Part shown: positions 55,780 to 64,000 of the stretch, piece after piece | Position numbering within the stretch: position 1 is the first letter of the stretch | Layout of the letters: every line of letters begins with the position of its first letter | Assembly: GCA_951406725.2 (NCBI GenBank) | Contig: OX597827.1 | Location: 81,158,001 to 81,222,000 of the forward strand | Direction: 5' to 3' | DNA from: Octopus vulgaris | Lineage: Eukaryota | Length of the DNA: 64,000 nt | Position numbers and translations under genes: made by a program | The notes under the pieces: generated by a model | Told to the model about the DNA's origin: nothing | The model's database searches: none | The model's input: only the letters and a program-made list of their open reading frames with translations

Positions 55780-56855
55780 TGGGTAGAAAGCAAGAGACTC
55801 AGTATAGCAGCTGAATACTAGAATTGAAACCCTATTGCCTATGCAGTTTTGTGGTGCTTCACCAGCCCCACTGTTCTCTCACACTTATCACATACCACAG
55901 CACCAGATTGATGATGGCTATTTTTGGTAGAACCACTCACTACCTTGTCAAAATGGACATTGACGTTCAGTGAGAATTGTATAAATATCCATCACAGATT
56001 CCACCATTCTCACATTCTTCGTGTTCTCCACAGTAAAAATATACTTTGTTACATCTCCGACTGGCACCACTGTTGTTGTGGTTGTTGTTGTTATTGCTGC
56101 TAAAGTCTTTTAATCGCTTCTTTGACTGACACAACTTCAATCAGATCCAAGTGCACTCGCACAGTTTGCTGCAACATGAAACACTGTGCAAGTGATTTTG
56201 GCAGCTGGATTTTACCAAAGATTATCTTTGACTGAGTAGAGACCGTTAAACTGTCATCACGCTGACGACCCACAAACGCTGGTCCCTTACTTCCGCTCTC
56301 CCCTTACTCTCCCCTTCTTCGATATTTCTTTGTACTTTGAGCAGTTCCAGTTTTGCTAGCAGCTAAATCTAACACCTTATTGATTTCATCAAATCTTCTT
56401 AAAGAAAAGACAAAAAAATGGTACGTGACGGCAGTGGCGGTGGGGGAGGAGTGTGATTTCCTGGTTGGTGTTAGAGACCCTAATGTGTTCCTTTCTTGCT
56501 GGTAATTTAGCGGTGAACCCTAACCCCTTCAACAGACATATCAGTTGGACACATTTAAATGTTGATGCTCAATGGCAGTAATAAGTATGGCGTGTGTGTA
56601 TATAATACTGTAGTGTTATATATATACAGGCATGTACATATTTTAGGTGTGTCTATATATATATACACACACATACAGATTTAATGGTGTAGAAGATATA
56701 TAACGGTGTATAATTATATATGCATATGTGTGAGTGTGTGTGTGTGTGCACATATACAACCAGACAGATCAACAGCATATTTATATATGTGTGTGTGTAT
56801 ATATATGTATATGTGTGTGTATATATATGTGTGTGTGTGTATGTATATTCACATA

Positions 56856-56895
<40 letters not shown>

Positions 56896-56989
56896 TACAT
56901 ATATATATGTATATATATGTATATGTATGTATATATGTATATAGATGTATAAATATATATATACACATATGTATGTACATATATAAATG

Positions 56990-57025
<36 letters not shown>

Positions 57026-57091
57026 TATGTATGTATGTATATATAATTTTGTAGAAAATATATAATAGTGTGCCCTATACATTCCACATAC

Positions 57092-57146
<55 letters not shown>

Positions 57147-57229
57147 AATTTTACTCTTACACTTACAGATTCTATGAGGTTTGTCTTGCATCACAAAAGT
57201 GGGCATCACTTATTTAATAACTGACACAA

Positions 57230-59090
57230 CTCATTGAAATTCGACATGTTGAGAGAGTATCTACTCTTCCTTTCCACAAACCACTGATACAACTTATTCT
57301 TCAAGTTAAAAGATGTATCTGTGCCATCGTTGAACTGCACTCTGAAATGTTTTTCACAAAACTTCAAGTATGAAACGATATACCAACTTCTTGACAGCCA
57401 CTTTCAACTTCCTCAAATCCTGGCCCTCATATTGCAAAGGCATTGTGGGATATTGTCAAGTTAGGAGAGAACAGCTCTGACTCTCATACCTTCTTTTTGT
57501 CTTGTCTTATGTTCTTTGGTCACTCTGTTCTTGTTGGCAGCACCCTTATCGGATATAATTTTATCCATACCTTAGCATTTGCAGAGAGATCATTGAGGCA
57601 AACGCTTGGCGAGTAGTCTTTTCATGTTCAGTTTTGGCATAGGAATATTTCTTTTGGCCAAATTCCTTTCCTATTTTGGTGGAAACAGATGTGATTAAAT
57701 CCAGCTGTTTTTCAGCATTGAAAATATTTCGAGAGTAGATATTTAGACTCCCCATGAAAAAATTATTGCTTCCATTGGTGAATCTTACAGTTGTGGACCC
57801 TGGAACATAACCAGTGGGTTTTCATGGAAGAAATGATTGTGGATTTAGAACCAAAATAAGCAAAGGCAGAAACAGAATGTCACCTTGGAATATTCCTGTT
57901 GAAATAATTATAACATCAGAGACGGTTGTTCCACTTTCAGTTACAAGGGTGAGGATTATGGAGCAGGTTTTCATGGGGCTTTGATGGCAGCATTTAAGAC
58001 AGGGGGCCCTTTTGTAATCTGTAAGGACTTTAGTAAACATGAATAGGGAATACAATTAAATTCCTTTCTATAATCAAGGCATGTTGCCAAGAGTTCCATG
58101 GGGTTTCCTTACCTCAGCTTTATTTACCAAAAATGGTCCACCTCCACTTCCACCTCCAAGTTAATCCCTAATTACATCATTAGCCCCATAATGGTCTAGG
58201 AGGAATTGGGCCATGTAGCTTACATAATGTTAAGGCAGGCTATGGTCCTACGGTTCTCCACAAACACCATGCTTTCATTCTTGCGCACCAAGATTGCTCA
58301 TGCTATGGCAAGTCAGTTTGGTATGTCCCTCTGGCCTTCCATAGTTTTTTTAAAAACATGTGGGTGATAGTGTGGCTGTGTGGGAAGAAGTTTGCTTTCC
58401 AACCACATGATTCTGGGTTCAGTCCCACGGTGTGTCCCCTGGGGCAAGTGCTCTTCACTATAGCCCCAGGCCAACCAAAGTCTTGTGAGTGGATTTCATA
58501 GATGAAAACTGAAAGAAACCTATCATTTATAGATGTGTGTGTGTGTGGTTGTTTGTTTGTCACCCCTTGCACCCTCCGCTTGACAACCAGTGTTGGTGTG
58601 TTTATGTTCCCATAACTTAGCATTTCAGCAAATGAGGCCAATAAAATAAGCAATAGGCTTAAAAAAAGTGCTGTGGTCAATTTATTCAACTGAAATTGTT
58701 GAAGACAGTGCCCCAGCATGGCCACTGCCTAATAGCCGAAACAAGTCAAAAGACAAAAAGATGTGTAGAAGTGACTCACTTTCTACAAGCAATCAATATT
58801 CCATCTCAGCAGCTGAACACGATCCCTTTTCATGGCTTCTCGGTGCCTTCGCATTATGCAGTCTGCCCACAGAATTGGTGAAAGTTCCAACATAAATCCT
58901 ACAAGTTTTATTATTCAACATGTTGCCATGGTGCAGCTGATCCACCGAGTGCAGCCATGTTGCATTCCACTCAAACCCTAAACTTTCATTTCACATCTGA
59001 GGCCAAAATGGTTTTAAATCTTCTTAGGAAGAGGGATCTTCTTCACTAGCATCATTTTCTGCTCCCTCATCTTTTTTGATAAACACTTTG
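57230..59090 (-). mobile_element. Heavily decayed R4/Dong-like reverse transcriptase, interrupted by a family-A SINE (58370-58761)
   Basis: Minus-strand peptides RTIACLNIM, LDYRKEFN, GIFQGDILFLPLLILVLNP, KQLDLITSVSTKIGKEFGQKK resemble RT motifs. Confidence 0.7.
58370..58761 (+). mobile_element. SINE family A
   Basis: Colinear with 36946-37370. Confidence 0.85.
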
Positions 59091-59119
59091 TGGGTTTAAA
59101 GCAAATTTGCAGTTCATTA

Positions 59120-59152
<33 letters not shown>

Positions 59153-59482
59153 ATTCCTGTATCTGTATGTGTACATATTATTTTGCATCTGTGGATGTTT
59201 TTGTCTGTGTGAATATGTGTGTGTGCATGTGGGTATGTATGTATGTGTCTATCTATCTATCTATACTGTCTGTCTGTCTGTCTATCTATCTATCTGTCTG
59301 TGTGTCTCTCTTTCTCTATATATCTCTCTATCTCTCTGTCTGTTTGTCTGTCTATCTCTCTCTCTCTCTCTGTCTATCTCTCTCTCTATCTGTCTGTCTG
59401 TCTATCTCTCTCTCTCTATCTGTCTCTCTCTCTCTCTCTGTCTATCTCTCTCTCTATCTGTCTGTCTGTCTATCTGTTTCTC

Positions 59483-59515
<33 letters not shown>

Positions 59516-59540
59516 GTCTACCTCTCTGTCTGTCTGTCTG

Positions 59541-59583
<43 letters not shown>

Positions 59584-61057
59584 CTAAGTATGTGTGCATG
59601 TATGTATGCTTGTGTGTATGTGTAAATGTACATGTATATACACATACGTATGCATTCTTGTCTGTCTGTGTGTATGTGTTTATAATTGCATGCCTGCCTC
59701 TATACATTTGTGTGTCTCTGTTGATATTTCCATTATTTTCCTATATTATTCAGATTTGACAAATATTTATTTAACCCCCTCACTTCCACCCCCGCCATCC
59801 CCCTCCCCCCTCTCATTTCTTAAACAAATCTCATTGTTACTCTTTCATTGTTAAAAATCTCCTTGTTAACGACTTATTGTTGCTAATGTCTTGTTGATGA
59901 TGTTATTGTTGATGTCAGTGCTAACTTTATTGCTAATTTTATTGTTAATTTTGGTTTGATGAAATCGTTTTTTTCTCTCTTTCTCGAGTAATTTTGGGTT
60001 TTATCTTTGATTTCTCTAAGTTTTCTCCAATCTCTATTGTCAATCTCTCGTGGCAGCCTGGCTTTATCTGCCAAATAGGAAGCCATGCTACATCGCAGCT
60101 TTGTAATTCTGTGATGGCAGTGGTGCAGGCTGTGTGATGGTTATGACATCTCGTTTGTAATCATAGAGTTCTGAGTTCTATCCCAGGGTATGGCGGTGTA
60201 ATGTCTTGCTTATGTGACTATTTCTAAGTATATCTGGGTCAGACCAAGTCTTTTCAGTGAAATATAGAAGACAGAAACTGCGAAATACACCCACCATCGA
60301 GAAAATAAATAACAAAGGAGTATGTACCTATTAGATATAGTAGTCAGTTCTCCCTCAAATCACACCTTGTCTTAGAAAAGGGTACATCAAATGTTTGATC
60401 AGGGTAGATACCTAGGACTAGGGTCAGCCCTAGGGTTGCAGGTGCCACGGAAAAGCTGAACATCAGTGTGTACAAGCTGACAGTTGTGGAAATTTCCTTG
60501 TCTTTGTCACACCCTCCTTGGCACCCCGGGTGACTGCCCAAGTTGCTGGTACCTTGAGATGGCCCTGCCTAGGGGCAGCATCATACATCAATAGATTACA
60601 GGACCACCTGCCGTTGTTGTCATTTCTCTACACAAAAGTTTTCATTGTGAAGCACTCATGTTCCAGTGGACCTGGTGCTAATTCAAGTGTAGACAGGTGG
60701 GCTGTTTCCTTAAATGGATGTTCCAGGTATAACATTAATTAAGCAACCGTAGCTAATGTTAACGATGTCCTTATAAATGAGTAGATAACATTTGTGTTCT
60801 ATGAGAAAACCCTTACTTACCAAGAGCACAAAGTCACCAGTTATTTTACACTCTAAACAGATTCTAGTTTTTTTTCTATGTAGTCCCTCCTTGCTAATTT
60901 GTTGTTACAATACAGTGTGAATCCAATAATATTTCCCCGTTGGTGGTCATGTTGGATAAACTATGACCCATCGTAAAATACAGAATATCAATCATTTAAA
61001 TTGTTTTCACTTTTGTTAAAATAGTAGAATATATTTATGAATTTTATTCAAAGCCTA

Positions 61058-61083
61058 TTCCTTTTTTTATATTTCTATTTCAG
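61058..61083 (+). other. 3' splice acceptor of the protocadherin coding exon
   Basis: Polypyrimidine tract ttcctttttttatatttctatttcag|G ends at 61083, 43 nt upstream of the ATG. This implies an upstream non-coding exon. Confidence 0.8.
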
Positions 61084-61126
61084 GTTCATCTAAATTGCTA
61101 AGTTTTGGTGCTACAACTGAGAAACG

Positions 61127-63559
61127 ATGTTGATTGTTTTGCTTCTTCTCCTGCTGACTCTCTTCAGCTGCCATTGTGTGGACCTCACTTACCATGTGGA
61201 AGAAGAAAAGAATCCTGGAACTTATATTGGTAACATTGCTGCTGACTCCCATTTACTGGATGCCATCTTACCGGAACACCATCGACTCATAACGTTTAAT
61301 CAGCTTGCACAGAAAAAAGACAGACTCTCACAGTTATTCAATGTTTCTAAAAGAGGAGAGCTGTACACATCACAGAAATTAGATGCAGAGAAACTGTGCA
61401 AATACAATGTGGAATGCTTTAGAATTTTAAAAATTGCCATTCATAAAGCAGAAACATTTTTGAAGATTTTAAAACTGAAAGTAATTATTAAAGATATCAA
61501 CGACCATCAGCCGGAGTTTTCTGTGAAAAAGATTAATATTCAGTTTTCAGAGGATGATGGAAAAGGTGTGAAGAGGTCAATCGAGAATGCTGTGGATGGA
61601 GACGTTGGAGTTGAAAACTCGAAGGTCACCTATCTGCTGAAGAAAAAATTTAATGAACCATTCAAGTTATCTGTGACGAAAATAATCACCGGGATTTCTA
61701 AACTTGCCATAATACTTGATGAGAAACTGGACAGAGAATTGAAAGACAGTTACAGTCTTCAGGTTATTGCGAGTGATGGAGGACCTTCACCAAAACAAGG
61801 GGTGCTGAATATTGAAATAACTGTGACAGATGAAAACGATAATCTGCCTCAGTTTAGTCAAAGTATTTATAACATCTCCATTCGGAACACACACGGAAGG
61901 TTCATACCAATCACAACTTTATCAGCCAGTGACTTGGACTCAGGGGAAAACGGTCGAGTTACATATCACATTAGTTCTGCGACCTCTGACATTGCCAAAT
62001 CTTATTTTAAACTGAATGAAGCGACAGGTGAAATTTTCACTCAGAAAAAATTTAATTCCGAACAAAAACAGACCTACAAGTTGTTTGTTGAAGCAAAAGA
62101 TGGGGGCAATCCTTCGTCAAGTTCCACAGCAATGGTTTTAATAAATGTAATAAACCAACAAAATACTGTCCCTAAGATAGACATAAATTTCGTCACAGAG
62201 TTGAGAGAGAACACAGCAGCCATTTCTGAAGGGATCAAAGTCGGCAGTTTCATAGCTTATGTCAGTGTTATTGACAATGATGTTGGACAGAATGGTGAGG
62301 TGGAATGTAGCCTACACCACGATAAGTTCCTTCTTTTAGATTTAGGATCAAAAGAATATAAAATTACGTTAAAGAAACCAGTGGACAGAGAAACTAGGGA
62401 CCACTATGACATCAGTATTTCATGTGAAGATAAAGGATCTCCATCGATGAAAACAGAGAGAAAATTCTTCATTCAAGTGATGGACGTCAATGATGTTCAA
62501 CCACAGTTTACGAAAGAAACATTTAAATTTCTGACCTATGAGAATGGTAAACCAAATTTTCCGATTGGTTACATCAATGTGACAGATCAAGATTTAGAAA
62601 ATGGAGGGAAACTGTCTTATTCTTTATTGAGTAATAACAGAGTGATTATACCATTCCAGATCACCGATTACGGTTTCATATCAACTACAATGACACTAGA
62701 CCGTGAAAAACGTGAAAAATACCAATTCCAAGTATTTGTTAAAGACAACGGGCAACCTTCCTTAAACAATACGGCTAATGTACTTGTGGAGATCCTTGAT
62801 GAGAACGATAATGCCCCTTATTTTACATTTCCTAGTGTTGACCCTTTCACTCTTGATGTCCACTATCATCCGCAGAGCAAGAATGATATCACAGTTCTAA
62901 GAGCTTCAGACAGGGACAGTCATATGAATTCTTTCTTGAAATACGAAATATTTGGTGGAAATGACAGACAGTTGTTTCAGATAGATTCCTTCACGGGGGT
63001 TTTGTCTTATTCACGGACTGTTTACCAAAATGATGCCGGATCATATGACCTGAAATTAACTGTCAAAGACAGTGGCACCCCAGTTCTGTCAGCCACAGTA
63101 ACAGTGTCTTTGACACTGACCGTCAGTAACAAGACATCACCAGCGCTGACCACAGTTCATTCAAAGTCTAATAATATGATTGATGTAACGTTACTCATTA
63201 TTATCGTAATATCAGCCGTAGTAGTCTCAGTGGCTGTTGTCGTGTCTCTCACCCTCTGCATTGTTCGATGTAACAATGGAATTAATCATCAGTCACGCAT
63301 GGGGTTCAACACAACGATTCCTCCTGGGAGAGAAAAACGTCATTTCTTGACCCAAACAAAGAAAGTGAATACTCCTACCGGACACACTCCTGCTCATACT
63401 CCCATACATACCCCGGTACATACAACTGGACATTCAACAGAAATGACAAACAGAGATAACCAGTTAATGGAATCAAGTTGTGACTTTTATCCTCAATATG
63501 AATCTCAGACAGATTGGTCAATGTCCTCGATGGAGCGAAGGCCACCTTCAGTTTTGTTG
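61127..63559 (+). CDS. PCDH: Protocadherin large coding exon: signal peptide, 6 cadherin repeats (EC1-EC6), TM helix, proximal cytoplasmic tail; probably spliced to downstream exon(s) outside the window
   Basis: 814-aa ORF 61127-63571. Hydrophobic leader MLIVLLLLLLTLFSCHC; EC1 C-x5-C (LCKYNVECF); linkers DINDHQP, DENDNLP, NQQNTVP, DVNDVQP, DENDNAP; LDRE, VDRE and LDRE motifs; DxD and DxG motifs; TM LLIIIVISAVVVSVAVVVSLTLCIV (~63191-63265). A perfect GTAAGT donor at 63560 follows codon 811 (phase 0), so the last three codons (VSF) are probably intronic. Symbol is family-level only. Confidence 0.95.
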
Positions 63560-63565
63560 GTAAGT
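63560..63565 (+). other. 5' splice donor after the protocadherin exon
   Basis: TTG|GTAAGT consensus, followed by an in-frame stop 9 nt later and AT-rich, repeat-rich sequence. Confidence 0.75.
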
Positions 63566-63709
63566 TTTTAGAAATATATTTTCTGTGTGAGTGTAAATGC
63601 TTAGATCTTATAAATATATTGTCTGTGTGGGATTATATGTTATAAATATACTCTGTGCATGACTATAGTTTGTGTGTGTATGGAGCCTATATTTATATTT
63701 ATTATATAT

Positions 63710-63910
63710 GTATTCTTTTATGATTTCAGTCATTTGACTGTGGCCATGCAGGAGCACAGCCTTTAGTTGAACGAATCGACTCCAAGACTTATTCTTTGTA
63801 AGCCTAGTACTTATTCTATTGGTCTTTTTTGCCAAACCGCTAAGTTACAGTGAAGTAAACACACCAACATCGGTTGTCAAGCAAGGGTGGGGAAATGAAC
63901 ACAGACACAC
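63710..63910 (-). mobile_element. SINE family A, 3' half, in the downstream intron
   Basis: TTTCAGTCATTTGACTGTGGCCATGC ... GTTGTCAAGC. Confidence 0.85.
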
Positions 63911-63922
63911 AAATACATATAC

Positions 63923-63967
<45 letters not shown>

Positions 63968-64000
63968 GTGACAATTAGTTGTTTGTCATAATAAAACTCA

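Noticed and set aside
55800-56340. Possible decayed LINE 3' end on the minus strand (CDKC...H-like peptide)
   Set aside because: Too degraded to support a call without a homology search.

Overview
This is eukaryotic, AT-rich, microsatellite-saturated DNA, most likely from an octopus or other coleoid cephalopod (inferred from the protocadherin type and the repeat landscape). The only intact protein-coding feature is one large protocadherin exon (ATG 61127; signal peptide, six cadherin repeats, TM helix, start of cytoplasmic tail), flanked by a clear 3' splice site (AG 61082-61083) and a GTAAGT donor (63560). The preceding ~61 kb is non-coding and may be a long 5'-UTR intron. It contains several tRNA-derived SINE families, RTE and R4/Dong LINE relics, a mariner relic, two non-autonomous Helitrons, hAT and pogo-type MITEs, long palindromes and simple repeats. 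Nearly all other listed ORFs are microsatellite artefacts. The most interesting signal is a dispersed set of about ten Penelope-type minimal hammerhead-ribozyme-like motifs. One is structurally complete with a compensatory G3:C8 core swap (11138-11188), one has a CCGUUGA core (55519-55554), and one is fused behind a tRNA-like Pol III head (52033-52204). All RNA folds were made by eye and none has been tested for activity.
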